A DNA stretch of 36,019 bases from Octopus bimaculoides (Eukaryota). Shown here piece after piece: positions 1 to 12,218 of the stretch. Within the stretch, counting starts at the first letter, position 1; every line of letters starts with the position of its first letter. The stretch is from the NCBI RefSeq assembly GCF_001194135.2, contig NC_068986.1:27904679-27940697 (forward strand), given 5' to 3'. The notes below the pieces were generated by a model. It was given only the letters and a program-made list of their open reading frames with translations. It was not told the origin of the DNA and searched no databases. The position numbers and the translations under genes were made by a program.

Positions 1-1510
1 TGCATTCCATGCTATCCTTACTGTCACTACCCATTCTCACAGTTACCTGGCCCTCCTTACATCTCTCCCACCTCAACACCATTATCTGTCTAACTCCCCC
101 TCCCCACACACACACAAACACACTCTGCTCTACAAACTTTCACATAACCACAACCACTAATACCACCAACACCTCCACTGCCACCACCACCACCGCCACC
201 ACCACCATTACCACCACTGGCAGTACTCTTTCCTTGCTCCTCCCCTCAAAGCTGTATTTTCATCATTACTTCTCACTCTCTCTTTCTCTCTATCTCTCTC
301 TCTCTCTCTCATCGCTTCTACCACCATCTTTCTCCCCCTGCCATCACACCCTTCTCCTACCTCTCTCTGCCTTAATACCACCACCATCACTACGACTACT
401 ATTGCTACTGACACAAGTAATTGGAGTGAAGCCTGGTTAATTTATTGAAGCACTTCATCCTTGTTGCTCAATGTTGTAATGTAGACTTGATGGATGTCTC
501 TCCAATGTGAAGTAATACCACACTTTTTTTCCTCCTCCCTCAATCCACCGGCCTCCTCTCTTTTCTCTCCCCCCTCCCATCATCATCATCATCATCATTG
601 CTTACACCACCACAAGCATCAGCACCTTCAAAACCAATACACTCCTTGACCTGCTTGTAGTAGCTGCCAAGTCTCCCTCAAATTTCTCTAGCTGTCTTGA
701 AAGCAAAGCTGAGAGACTCATTAGATAACGTTATCCAAAGAAATCCCTTTGTCATCGTCTTCATCCTCATCATCATCATCATCATAATCACTGTCACTAC
801 AACCACCACCAATAGTATCATCATCAAAGCCTATATTCTCCTCCTTGACCTGCTAGATATAGCAACCAAAATCTCCCTCAAATCTTATCAACTGCCTTGT
901 AAAAAAGCTGAGTAACTCGTTAAATAATGTTATCGTAGACAATTCCATTCATCATCATCATCATATCCATCACCACCACTACCACCACCACCACCAATAC
1001 CAACAACACCATCATTACCTCACTAACACCAATGCTTCTTCTCCCACACATTACTACAGCCATTACCACACATTACTACAGCCATTACCACACATACTAC
1101 CATAAAATAACATATTCTACCGCCAACATCACTCCTCTCTTACGGTACTAACGCCAATATTACCACTGGTGTCATAAACACGCACATCCTATTACATCCA
1201 CTATCCTATTACTAACATTATTATCATCACCACCACACTACATGCCTCCTACATCAATACCATTACCACACCAGTATTCCCACTAGCATACACTGCACTA
1301 ACACCATCACCATGCCACCATTACCACTACCCTTAGCACATTATCATATCACTAACAGCAACGCCATTACCACTATATATATATATCACTACTAACACTA
1401 TCCCACTAACTGCCACAAACTACCCCATCACTAACACCAATACCACCACCACCCAATACTGCCATATATCACTATCACCACCGCCACTGCCACTACTGTT
1501 ATTGTTGATT
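1..1510. repeat. (CAC/CAT/TAC)-rich low-complexity tract with short (TC)n and a 22 bp tandem (ACACATTACTACAGCCATTACC, ~1047-1095)
   Basis: Degenerate trinucleotide repeats read directly; the Thr/His/Ile-rich ORFs here reflect this composition. Confidence 0.85.
640..935 (+). mobile_element. Two 5' fragments (640-735, 838-935) of the (AAC)n-tailed interspersed element
   Basis: Both carry CTTGACCTGCT(T/A)G..A.TAGC..CCAA.TCTCCCTCAAAT, matching copies at 10141, 18025 and 19470. Confidence 0.65.
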
Positions 1511-1619
1511 TTCNNNNNNNNNNACACACACTCCACATACAAGCACACTGTTCACACACCATGTAATGCATACCATATACACACTGCTCACAATGTATAC
1601 ATGCAGGATGCAAGTACAT

Positions 1620-1716
1620 ACTTTACATAAATCAAATATACACACACATACACATATACGCATACACACATATACATATATATATACATTCACACATGCA
1701 CACATTCATGTATACA

Positions 1717-1791
<75 letters not shown>

Positions 1792-1830
1792 GTACATACA
1801 TATATATGAATACACACATGCACACACACC
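1620..1830. repeat. Compound (CA)/(TACA)/(TA)n microsatellite
   Basis: Read directly; pure (TA)n at ~1743-1786. Confidence 0.95.
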
Positions 1831-2122
1831 ATGTAAACCCACAGATATATAGCTTACAACACATTCCACACATTGGGTACACACACACACAGAGAGTGAG
1901 AGAAATGTGTGTATACAGATTGGAATTTATATATGAAGCCTACAGACAAAGAAATTCAATTCACACACAGCATACATTCAAGTGTGTGTGTGTGTGGAGT
2001 ATCTGAAGAGGGGGAAGTAGAAAGAAGAGAGAGAGAGAGAGACACCTATAGACAAACACACAAATTAAAACAAAATTTCAAAAGCTAAAATTAAAAAGAA
2101 CAAACAGGAAAGCAATCCACAG

Positions 2123-2211
2123 ATTTCGCTGCAATCTTGTCAGAAGTTTTGAGGGAAATGTTGGAGATCTTGGAATGGTTTTTGTCATATGAGTTAAGAA
2201 ACTTGCTTCAG
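2123..2211 (+). CDS. Weak candidate exon (DFAAILSEVLREMLEILEWFLSYELRNLLQ; in-frame ATG at 2158)
   Basis: Open frame ending at donor CAG|GTAATA (phase 0). The acceptor CACAG has no polypyrimidine tract, so only a first-exon model fits. Confidence 0.2.
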
Positions 2212-2436
2212 GTAATAGATAATACAGGAATGAGCAACAACAGAGTAGATTTTTAACTATTAATTAATAAGAAAAGACATGAAAAACTCCCTCTTTCTCC
2301 TTTTCACTTTCACTTTCACTTTCTCTGTTTATTTTGTTGTTTTTCTTTGTGCCTCTTTACTTTTCATTTGCTCTCTCTTTAAAACAAACACATGCATACA
2401 TACTCTAGTGTATATGTGTATGTGTTTATACATGTA

Positions 2437-2483
2437 ACTCTCTCTCTCTCTCTCTCCCTCTCTCCCCCTCTCTCTCCTCTCTC

Positions 2484-2521
<38 letters not shown>
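2437..2521. repeat. (TC)n microsatellite
   Basis: Read directly. Confidence 0.95.
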
Positions 2522-2523
<2 letters not shown>

Positions 2524-3319
2524 CACATATGTCTGTATAAAATTAATATATGCACTTGAAATTCAAAAGTGCCTTTGAGTAGTTTCCTTGAGACAAAATA
2601 TTATATCTAGCGCTGTTCACATTTGTATACACATTAGAAATGTGTATACACACTGTGTGTATATTTGTGTGTGGTGTGTGTGTGTGTGTGTGTGTAAATA
2701 TATAATCTAATCTATTACACAATCTCCATTTCTCCCAAAATGAATGATGACGTTAAGTACTAACTACATCCAATTCTCAGAATGTTAGAAACTGTAAATC
2801 CTGTACTTGCAGATGGTGTATGTATGTGTCTATGGGTAGGTGATGTATGTGTCTGTGTTTTTTTTTACGTGTAGGTGTTGTGTGTACCTTTGTGTAGATA
2901 CTGTGTCTGTGTATATTTGTATAGACAGTGTATGTATGTATATGTAGCTGCGTGTAGGTGGTGTATGTGTCTCTGTGTAGATAATACATATGTAATTGTT
3001 ACTGCTGCCATTGTTGATACTGTTTCTATCTAGGATATTCACTAGCCATTCCCTACTCTTAGAGAATTCTAACAGGCAAGCCTCTGACTGAACCTTGACA
3101 ACATTTTATATTTTGGTCAGATCTGGGATCATTTTGCCAACCCTCCCACCATGGACAACAGACTGGTGGGATTAGCATGGATGATCTATTTTTAACCCAT
3201 GTTTGTTCTCTTAATCTGTTGACTGCAGGATGGGAAACAGTAGATTCGGTTGATTTACAGTGGTTTTGGTTTCTCCTCTTTCTTTTTTTGTATTATCATC
3301 ATTGTTTTAATAGTAATGT

Positions 3320-3465
3320 TTTCTGATTTAAGCACAAGGTCAGCAATTTTAAGAGAAAGTGGGGAACGCTTGATCTCATTGATCCCTAGTACTAAAGTTG
3401 ACCTCACCGGAATTTGAACTCAGAACACAAAGCATTTTGTCTGTCAGCTTGCCAATGCTAATGCC
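3320..3465 (-). mobile_element. Degenerate, internally deleted Nin/Deu-type tRNA SINE
   Basis: AAAGTTGACCTCACCGGAATTTGAACTCAGAAC is the reverse complement of the B-box/Nin junction in the intact copies at 19713 and 34703. Confidence 0.65.
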
Positions 3466-3627
3466 TGACTGTATTTAGTTGTATACCATTATATCCTGAG
3501 TTAAAATCCTGCTGATCTTGTCTTTTCTTTTCATCTTCCCAGGGATAAGATATACGTGATATTTTGGTCAAATATAATAAACTATATTCCTCTCCCTACC
3601 AAATGTTAGAACTCAGTATTTTTCTGA

Positions 3628-3770
3628 TTTAATCTTATCACTTTATCCAATGTCTTCTTTGGTCTTCTGCTTCAGATTCCGTCAACTAGTGTTTAGCAAA
3701 ATGATGCTTGGTCATCAGAAAGGTGTCATCCATGTGTACTTTTATGTCCATACCAGCATATCGTACACAG
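3628..3770 (-). pseudogene. Decayed RTE-clade LINE ORF remnant (region C-terminal to the RT domain)
   Basis: Hand translation across frameshifts gives CWYGH..HMDD...LVDGI*SR-RPKKTLDKVI. This resembles the RTE motif RWYGHVxRM...VEGxxxRGRP(R/K)KTWxxxV, recalled from memory. Confidence 0.6.
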
Positions 3771-4007
3771 ATAATTACAGGTATATCAAATACCATACAA
3801 CATAAATTCTTGATTTTATTAAAATTATCTCTGCCTCTAAAGGTTGCATTGTAATTATCAAATGGAAATTAAAACTAGTTCCATATAAGGAGAGGAAATA
3901 AGGTCAAGGATCAAGAGGACAGTTGTGGACATGTGTTTCTGGTTCTGTAATTGTCATCACTACAACAATTGTCTAAACTTATCTCCAGCAGCCAAAGGGC
4001 TTAAGAC

Positions 4008-4011
<4 letters not shown>

Positions 4012-4050
<39 letters not shown>
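4012..4050 (+). repeat. Poly(A) run, 39 nt
   Basis: Read directly. Confidence 0.95.
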
Positions 4051-4053
<3 letters not shown>

Positions 4054-4139
4054 GACCACATTACCTAGGTAATTTGCATAATTTGAAAGGTCAACAACAC
4101 ATGTGACCTATTTGAATTTTATATCCAAATCACATACTG

Positions 4140-4311
4140 GTGTAAAAAACACTCACTACACTCTTGGAGTGGTTGGCATTAGGAAAGGCATCCAGCTGTA
4201 GAAACCATGTCAATTCAGATTGGAACCTGGTGCAGCTCCCCAGCTTACCAGTTTTCTGTCAAACAGTCCAACCCATGCCAGCATGAGAAACGGACGTTAA
4301 ATGATGATGAT
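4140..4311 (+). mobile_element. 5'-truncated RTE-derived non-autonomous element with (GAT)n tail
   Basis: GGTTGGCATTAGGAAAGGCATCCAGCTGTAGAAAC ... CCAACCCATGCCAGCATG..AACGGACGTTAAATGATGATGA, shared with at least 7 other copies in the window. Confidence 0.85.
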
Positions 4312-4929
4312 AAATAGAAAAATTACCTTTTTGTGCCAGTTTGGGATGATGTTTAAGTCTATCACAGTTAATTTAATGTCTTTGTAATTATTTGTCTCAA
4401 ACAAGTTGTGATCATAGTGGCATTCTAGTATAATACTGATGTGTGATTTAATATTGGTGGTTTTATAGGAATGTTGTAATATGATGCCCATAAAGTACCC
4501 TTGGATGTGGATATTGTCATTTCATATGCCTGATTTTACTGATTGCATGTCTAGAGAATTAACCTTTGAAGTGTATTTACTTATTTCTCTATTTGTTTAT
4601 TTATTTCTCTATTTGTTTACTTATTTCTCTGTTTGTTTATTTATTTCTGTATTTTTTAAATTTATTTATGCTACTTTTCAATCGTACTTGTCTACAGTTG
4701 TGTACATCTACTTAGTGAATTTCTCATCACTACTTTGGCAAGGACAGTGAAGTTTGTGCTTTGCTGACGAGGTTTAATAAAACTGAAACATGCACTGAGT
4801 TGTGTCCCATGCTTGCTGAAATTATTAAAATATTAGTAGTAAATGTTATATCTTCCGCCCCCCCCCCCTCCAAAGTATAAGCGTTTTTGATGGTAATTTT
4901 GATGCTCATTGTATTAAATATGTTAGCAG

Positions 4930-5370
4930 TCACATAGCTTTTATCATGGTGAGTAACTACAATAGCAATAATGACACCCACACTAATAATTATAAGAGCA
5001 GCAGCATTCATCATAACTGTAAAATTAACAACAACACCATTAATCACAACAGTAACATTAATTACACACATCAATATTAACAACAACAACAACAGTAACA
5101 CAACAAAGAAATGACTGCAGCAGTAATAGGAACATTAACAGCAGCAATCATGACAGTAATTTTAACAACAGCAACACCAGTAGGGGCAGCAACAGCGACA
5201 AGAACAACAAAATCAACATTGACGCTAATTATTCTAACTACAGCAGTAATCACAACAACAACGATTTTAATGACAACAAAACCATAAAATTAATTACAAT
5301 GTGAAATCAACAACACTAGTAATCACAGCAGTGGTATTTACAGCTACGGCAACGACAACAGCAACAATAA
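4930..5370. repeat. (AAC/AAT/CAG)-rich low-complexity tract
   Basis: Read directly; source of the Val/Leu-rich minus-strand ORF. Confidence 0.8.
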
Positions 5371-5374
5371 GACA

Positions 5375-5575
5375 AAGAGGTCTCTCAGCTTGTTAGAAAT
5401 AAAAGCCAAATCATACACTAACATCTTAAACAAAGAACGGCATACTGGATAATGTAGTCCTAGATGTACTATATCAGAAAATAGGACAACATGGCTACTC
5501 TTTGCTGGAATATTGTTGATCATAGATTGCTCTGCTGGATGAAGGTTGACTTGGGGCTTAACAATAAAACAGTTC
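5375..5575 (+). mobile_element. Near full-length old (AAC)n-tailed element
   Basis: TAGAAATA..AGCCAAATC...GGATAATGTAGTCCTAGAT...GCTGGAAT...TTGATCATAG...GACTTGGGGCTTAACAA, colinear with copies at 8665, 10125 and 14708. Confidence 0.7.
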
Positions 5576-5629
5576 AGATACAGAATATTATAACGTAAAA
5601 AATATAGTGTTTGCGGTGAGGCTTGAACA

Positions 5630-5922
5630 CTGGGCCACACGGAGGCAATGATAAGTGAACAAGACCTCTAGCGATATGCCGTGTTTGGGAAGACCTGTCA
5701 AGCCAAGTGGAATCATAGTCATGGCTGTTGCTGGTGTCACATAAAAAGCACCCGTTACACCCTTGGAGTGGTTGTTGTTAGCAAGGGCATCCAGTTGTAG
5801 AAACCATGCCAAATCAGTTTGGAACCTGGTGTAGCCTTACAGCTTAGCAGTTTCACTCAAACTGTCTAACCCATGCCAGCATGGAAAGCAGATGTTAAAT
5901 GATGATGATGATGATGATGATG
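5630..5922 (+). mobile_element. RTE-derived (GAT)n-tailed element, longer 5' variant
   Basis: Same core and tail as 4140; extra 5' sequence GGCCACACGGAGGCAATG...; (GAT)8 tail. Confidence 0.85.
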
Positions 5923-5979
5923 AGATGAGAGGAAAAAAATATATTTCACAAAATCCTTCAAAATTGTATAACATAACTT

Positions 5980-6033
5980 CCTAGCGTAACTGTCTGTTTG
6001 TCCTCTCTGTGTTTAGCCCCCTGTGGGCAATAA

Positions 6034-6100
<67 letters not shown>

Positions 6101-6325
6101 TATATTTATATATATTTGTGTGTGTGTCTTTGTATTTGGCTGCCACCACCACTTGGCAACTGGTGCGTGTGTGTCCCTGTAACTTAGCAGTTCACAAAAA
6201 GAGACAGATTGAATAAGTCCCAGGCTTAAAAAAGTAAGTACTGGGATCAATTCATTTGACTAAAATTCTCCAGGGTGGTACCCCAGCATGGCTGCTGTTT
6301 AATGACTGAAACAAGTAAAAAGATA
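5980..6325 (+). mobile_element. Nin-type SINE tail (5980-6036), (TA/CA/TG)n, then 3' half of a CORE-type SINE (6110-6325)
   Basis: TGTGTTTAGCCCCCTGTGGGCAATAAAG matches the tail of the 23061 and 34703 copies; ...CCCCAGCATGG...ATGACTGAAACAAGTAAAA matches the tails at 16380 and 26170. Confidence 0.75.
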
Positions 6326-6330
6326 TCTCT

Positions 6331-6383
<53 letters not shown>

Positions 6384-6794
6384 CCCTGAAAAGATCGTAC
6401 TAATAATGCATAAATCACTGCATATGAATATGCAACAATATACAGTTGGTGCAATCAAAACATTTGTCAGACTAGTATTAGGAATAAACTATGTAGAAAT
6501 AAACATAAAATTTGGATGTTCAAATTCTTCATTCTCCTTATTATCAATATTGTACTTTACACTCTAAGTAGCCAAAAGTTAAGCTGAGACATCGGATGGT
6601 AGCTAAAGGAAGATTACTAAAAAACACACCATCAGAAGGAACCAACCTTGGCTTTTTACTCAGAGAAATTCTGTATCTGCCTCAATATTATATCCCTCCT
6701 CTTACTATATATTTACATACACATACATTATGATGCATAAGTGACTATTTTAATCTAATGCTACTTCTGTTGCATCTAATGGATTTTCATTCAG

Positions 6795-6817
6795 CTCGGC
6801 AGCTACTTGCAACACCA
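6795..6817 (+). CDS. Weak candidate 23 nt micro-exon (LGSYLQH-H if phase 0 to 2)
   Basis: TTTTCATTCAG|...|GTAAGT; phase-compatible with 2123-2211 upstream and 15740 downstream. Too short for independent support. Confidence 0.2.
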
Positions 6818-7143
6818 GTAAGTGTTTATTCATTGTTTCCATTTATATCAGTGGTGATGGATGTCGTCTAATCATGCTAGCTGTGAATACATGCTATTGA
6901 TGATACCCAGTAAGGCAGAATTGCATCTAGCATTGTCACTCTCCACTGCTGGGGTGAATTTGTCTGCTTCCAGTACATATATATATTTATATATATACAT
7001 ATTGTTTTTAAGCACAGTATGTCCATAAGAGATATTATCTCTGGATAAATACTGCAGTAATTTTAGCCTATCACAATGTATTTACATTAAGTATGATACA
7101 TCAGTGACTATTTTAATCTAATAATGCCACTGTTGCATATAAT

Positions 7144-7146
<3 letters not shown>

Positions 7147-7235
<89 letters not shown>

Positions 7236-7257
7236 TATATGTATATGAATATGTAAA

Positions 7258-7290
<33 letters not shown>
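7147..7290. repeat. (TA)n of ~80 bp plus (TG)n/(TA)n
   Basis: Read directly. Confidence 0.95.
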
Positions 7291-7293
<3 letters not shown>

Positions 7294-7749
7294 CACATGC
7301 TAGCTGTATACTTGAACTTGTGTGGATGTAAATATTTATGCGTATGTATGAGTGAGATGAAGTGTATGCATTTATGTATATGTTTCTCTGCATGTGTGTG
7401 TGTGTGTGTATGCGCGCATGTTATTTTTCACGTATTTGCGTATTTGTATCTTAAAATGTGTGCACATGTGTATTTGCATGCAATATTGTGAGTACGCTCA
7501 TCTGTGTGAACTTGCGTGTTTACAAATGTTTTCACGTTTGTATGCCTCTTTGTGTCTGTGTATTCATAGCACACACTTGTGTGTGTGTATGTATGTATAT
7601 GTGTGTGTGTGTGTACCACCTTTTGATATGTTTCTCAGCAGGAAGATCAATATTTTTGAAACTGGAAACGTTAATTGGTGATATGTTTTCCTTTTCTCCA
7701 TTTTTTTTTTTTTTTTGTCCGTGTGTGCGTGTGTGTGTGTACTCCCCCA

Positions 7750-8445
7750 CCTCATTTTGTCCTGCTCCACCACCACTGCTACTGCAAGTACCAGCACTGA
7801 CTCCCCTTCTACACCACCGTCTCCCTAATCAAACAACACACATTTCACTAACATCTCTGCAAATATTACTACTCCCAACACCATCACAATGACAACGACG
7901 ACGACCACCACCACCACCACCGCCACCACCACCATTATCATCATCATCATCATCGTGGCCTCAGCTATACACACCCATTACCAATACTAACTACCTGGTA
8001 TGCTGTTATCACCACCACCACCATTGCCATGATCACCACCACTACCACCATCTTCATCATCACTGCCACCATCACTACTACCACTACTACTATCTCCTGT
8101 GCTGTACCCACCTTCCCTCGTCACCACCAGGTATTCTGTTGCATGCTTCCATAAACACCTTCACCACTATCACTGTCCACTAAGGATACTGCTGTCATTA
8201 CCATTACCTGCACTACCTCCTGCACTGCAATCACCCTCCACCTGTTTCCATCACCACCACCACCACTATCACCTATACACAGACACATACTCCCCACCAC
8301 CTCTACATCACCAGCACCACTGCACACCACTTCATCTCTTCCTTCAGCACACTTTTCGTTGGGTACTCACACCACCGCCACCACCCTAACCCCTGTCCCC
8401 AGTACAACCACCCCTCCCAACGCCACCATCACCAACAATGTCTCC
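7750..8445. repeat. (CAC/CAT)-rich low-complexity tract
   Basis: Read directly. Confidence 0.85.
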
Positions 8446-8449
8446 ACTG

Positions 8450-9549
8450 GAGGACCATCTTTGTGGTCACTCAGCCTGCTAGAAAGCGTTTCCAAATCTC
8501 ACTCAAGTCACACCAGGCTGTGTTTAAAATAGAAGGTATAGTCACAAATGGAAGCCCTATGATAAGAGACTTGCTCTCTCACGGCTGGCTCGGGGTTAAA
8601 TAACAACACCATCGAAACCACTAAAGTCTTTGCATGATACACATCGTCACAGACTGAACTAATGAGGGAGCCTCTACATGGTTGCTTGTGATGCTAGAAA
8701 TAGTAGCCAAATTTCCCTCAAGCCACACTAAGTTGTCTGAAGAAAGTATGTATTGGATACTTAGTCCTGCCTGGGTTCCCTGCACTTCTTAAGAAAAAGT
8801 TGTGGTGGTCATGGTTGGAACACCCTTGATCATAGATTTTTCTCAATCAATGCTGATCTGCAACCAAAACAGCAACAATTATTAGTTATATAATTATCTC
8901 AAAACACAACTAATACTACTACTACCACCACCACCACCATGGCTGGCCTGGGGCTAAATAACACTGATATCATAAGTGATATATTACCACCATTAATACC
9001 CCAATATGGGAGCTTCTTTGTGGTTGATTGACTTGCTGAAAACAGCAGCACCATGACCACCACTACTGTTACATAGCCATTGACATTGACATGAAAAAGG
9101 GCGTCTACATGGTCACTGAAAGCTTCTAGAAATAGCAGCAACACTACCAATGTTTACTTAACCACTGACATGAAGATGCCTCTGTGTGGTCATTCCATCT
9201 GCTAGAAATAGCAATGCTACCACCATGACCAAACATATTTACATAACCATTGACATAAAGGAGTTTCTGCATAGCCACTCTTGTCAGTTAAATCTCGCTA
9301 AAAATGGAAGGACTGATATTGTTGTCCGAGATACAATGCAAATACAATGGGATGATCATGGCTGGAATGCCATTGGTTATAATCCTGCTGGACCAGGACA
9401 CTAATTGATAGTTTGAGAAAGCCTTTACATGACCACTTGACAGGCTAGAAAAAGCAATGGAATCTCTCTGAAATCACACTTACCCTACAGTGGACAATGT
9501 GGTCCTATGTTCCCTGCACATGAGTAAAAGACAGGATAATCATGGCTGG

Positions 9550-9582
<33 letters not shown>

Positions 9583-10350
9583 GAGTGAGAGAGCAGTGCA
9601 TGCCATCAAAGTGACACTGGGGTAAAATATACGAAGCCCAGTATACCTATCATGACTACCCGTCTGATAAGGGTACACCAGGCACATGCATCACAACCAC
9701 ATGTGCGCGACATGGTGATCTCATATCAAGATAAATAGCGCATGACCTCGCAGGTGGGGCCCAGTTAGAATTTTCTTCAGGTCGAGTAGCCCATTCCGCT
9801 CAAAAGGTCCCTGAATAAGGTTTGTTTAAGGATGTTGAGCAAAACACCCATGTTTCCAATGGTGAATTATTCAAATCCCAAAGAAATCCTCTCAAGACAT
9901 GGCTATGATGCTCCCCCACTACTTCTGCTCATGATCAGAGATGCACATATTGTCAGCCACCAAGGGACATGCTCAATTGGTTAAGGTCAAACAATTAACA
10001 AGTAAATCTGTGGTATTAAGCAGAATATTTGCTGTAGCCGATCTTTTATGTCAAGACAAAACAATGTACATGATAACACTTCCAACAATACCTGTTTTGT
10101 CATGCTCCATTACTGACACTGGAAGTAGCTTCTACATAGTCTCCTGACCTGCAAGAAATAGCAGCCAAATTTCTACTCAAACCACACTTTACCATCTTTA
10201 AGAAAGCAAAAAACAAACAAATGTAATCATGTAATCCTGCATGCATTACCAGCAGAAAATTAGATGGGTTAGTCATGGCTGGAACATAGTTTTGAATATA
10301 AATACACTTCGCTTGATCATAGATGACCTGGGGTTAAACACCAACACCAC
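8450..10350 (+). mobile_element. Cluster of ~7 same-strand copies or fragments of the (AAC)n-tailed element (8450-8610, 8665-8880, 9100-9150, 9180-9215, 9300-9400, 9418-9550, 10125-10350)
   Basis: Recurrent CTCTACATGGTCAC..GACCTGCTAGAAATAGCAGCCAAAT.TCCCTCAA..CACAC head and CATGGCTGGAA...GATCATAG...CCTGGGG(C/T)TAAACA tail. Confidence 0.75.
9550..10092 (-). mobile_element. ~540 bp interspersed element with (AAT)n tail; probable 3' end of a non-LTR retroelement
   Basis: Complex sequence abutting (ATT)11 at ~9551-9583 and interrupting an (AAC)-tail copy. I recall it as an abundant octopus repeat, but there is only one copy in this window. Confidence 0.6.
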
Positions 10351-10679
10351 TAGCACCATTACCATCATCATCATCATCACCACCATCACTGCTACCATTG
10401 CAGTACTACCTCCCTATCTGTCTATCCCACCCCCACCTCATTATAGCTATAGTCACACTGACACCATTAGCAACTGTCACTAACACCGCCGCCATCACTG
10501 CCATAATTAGTAATACCACTGTCACCACCACCATCACTGCCACCACCACCACCGCCACCAGTGGAGAGCCAATTATAACCATTCCATGCTGACAACTAAA
10601 TGCATGGCACTTCCTTCAACATTTTGCAATGAAAACTGATCAAAGACAATGGTTCTTCAGAAGCATTTCATCTTGGCTA

Positions 10680-11580
10680 ATCCTCTTCTCTCCCTCCCTC
10701 TCCCTCTCCCTCCCTCTCTTTGTCTATCTCTCTCCCTCTGTGTCTCTCTTTGTTTCTCTCACTCTCTCTCTCTCTCTCAGCTTAACTCTTTCTGTACCTT
10801 TCATTTTAGTAACTGTTTTTACTCTTTTCCATTCTCCTTTCTCTCTCTTTATCTCTCTCTCTTTATCTCTCTCTCTTTATCTCTCTCTCTTTATCTCTCT
10901 CTCTTTATCTCTCTCTCTCTTTATCTCTCTCTCTTTATCTCTCTCTCTTTATCTCTCTCTCTTTATCTCTCTCTCACACACTCTCTCTCTCTCTCTCTCT
11001 CTCTCTGCTGCTCTCTTTTGGCACCACTGTGTTTCATAATTTCTCCCTCTTTCCCTTCTATTACACTCTTATTCATTCATTCACTCAGTCTCTCCCTCTG
11101 CTTTTATTTTTTTTCTTCCTTTCTCTCTCTCTCTCTCGCCTCCTCGCTCACTCTTTCTCTCTCCTTCACCCATTTTCTCTCTCTCACTCACCCTCTCTCT
11201 CTCTCTCTCTGCTTGCTGTTCCCTTTTGGCAGCTCTGTATCTCCTAATTCCTTGCATTTGTTCCCTTTTATTACACTTGTACCCTCTCTCTCATTTTCTC
11301 TCTCTCTCTCTCTCTCTTATTTCTGTCTGTCTCCCTCTCTCTCTCTGTTTCCTTATGATCTCTCACTATCCTGCTCACCTCCTCTCTCTCCCCCTCTCTC
11401 TCTCCCTCCCTCTCTCATGGTGTCACAAGGAGGGAAAACACAAAGAAACACCTCCCTACCCACCTCAGCTCTCCTCCACCCCCACCTCTTCTCTCCTTCC
11501 ACTCCTCTCACATCTCTCCCCTTCCACCCCCTTTTCACAGCCCTACCTCCCCGCCCTCACACAGCTACTCTTACATCCTC
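10680..11580. repeat. (TC)n-rich pyrimidine tract including a (TTTATCTCTCTCTC)n compound repeat at ~10845-10975
   Basis: Read directly; source of the spurious 357 aa Leu/Ser ORF. Confidence 0.9.
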
Positions 11581-11589
11581 ATCTTTAAA

Positions 11590-11604
11590 CAGCCATCATC
11601 ATTA

Positions 11605-11639
<35 letters not shown>

Positions 11640-12147
11640 TATTAAATCATTATTATTTCATGTTTTTGCTTCATTCCTTGCTGCCATCATTATTAGTGTT
11701 TTTTTGTTTTTTTTTTGTATAATTTGTGTAATATTTTAAATTTTTTTCTTTTCCTTTCATGCAAGTTTTACTACACCACCACCACCACCACCACCATCAC
11801 CACTTTATCATTATATCATCATCATCATCATTATTATTATTATTGTAATTATTATTGTCCCTATTTTTATTATTATCATTATCCATATTAATGTTGTTGT
11901 CTCTTTTTGTTTTTTTGGGGTTTTTTCTTGTTGCTATTGCTATTGCAGTTGCTATCTTCATTATCATCATTAGTGTTGTTGTTATTTGTGTTTATTTATT
12001 TATGTATTTATTCTATTAGTCGTTCATCTTGTGATTATTGTGGATGTATTTTCTTTCATCACTCTAACTTCGTCATCGTCATTATCATCATCATCATCAG
12101 TGTAATCATCAGCATTGCTAACAGCATAAGTACTAATTTATAAATTC

Positions 12148-12218
<71 letters not shown>

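Noticed and set aside
3676-3780. Plus-strand exon-like segment (CTTCAG|...|GTATAT, open frame FRQLVFSKMM...)
   Set aside because: Lies antisense to the RTE remnant, which explains the sequence; the donor is weak.
4012-4050. Poly(A)39, and poly(T)27 at 35037-35063, as processed-pseudogene tails
   Set aside because: No adjacent coding-like body, clear polyadenylation signal or target-site duplication found.
4060-4073. 14 bp palindrome ATTACCTAGGTAAT beside the poly(A)
   Set aside because: A couple of palindromes of this size are expected by chance in 36 kb.
6571-6730. Short open frame PKVKLRHRMVAKGRLLKNTPSEG...
   Set aside because: No good donor, no recognisable motif, and length within chance expectation.
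10649-11722. Longest ORF (357 aa), and all IYIY, CVCV, HTHT, ERER and X-containing ORFs
   Set aside because: Translations of (TC)n, (TA)n, (TG)n, trinucleotide tracts or N gaps; no domain-like content.
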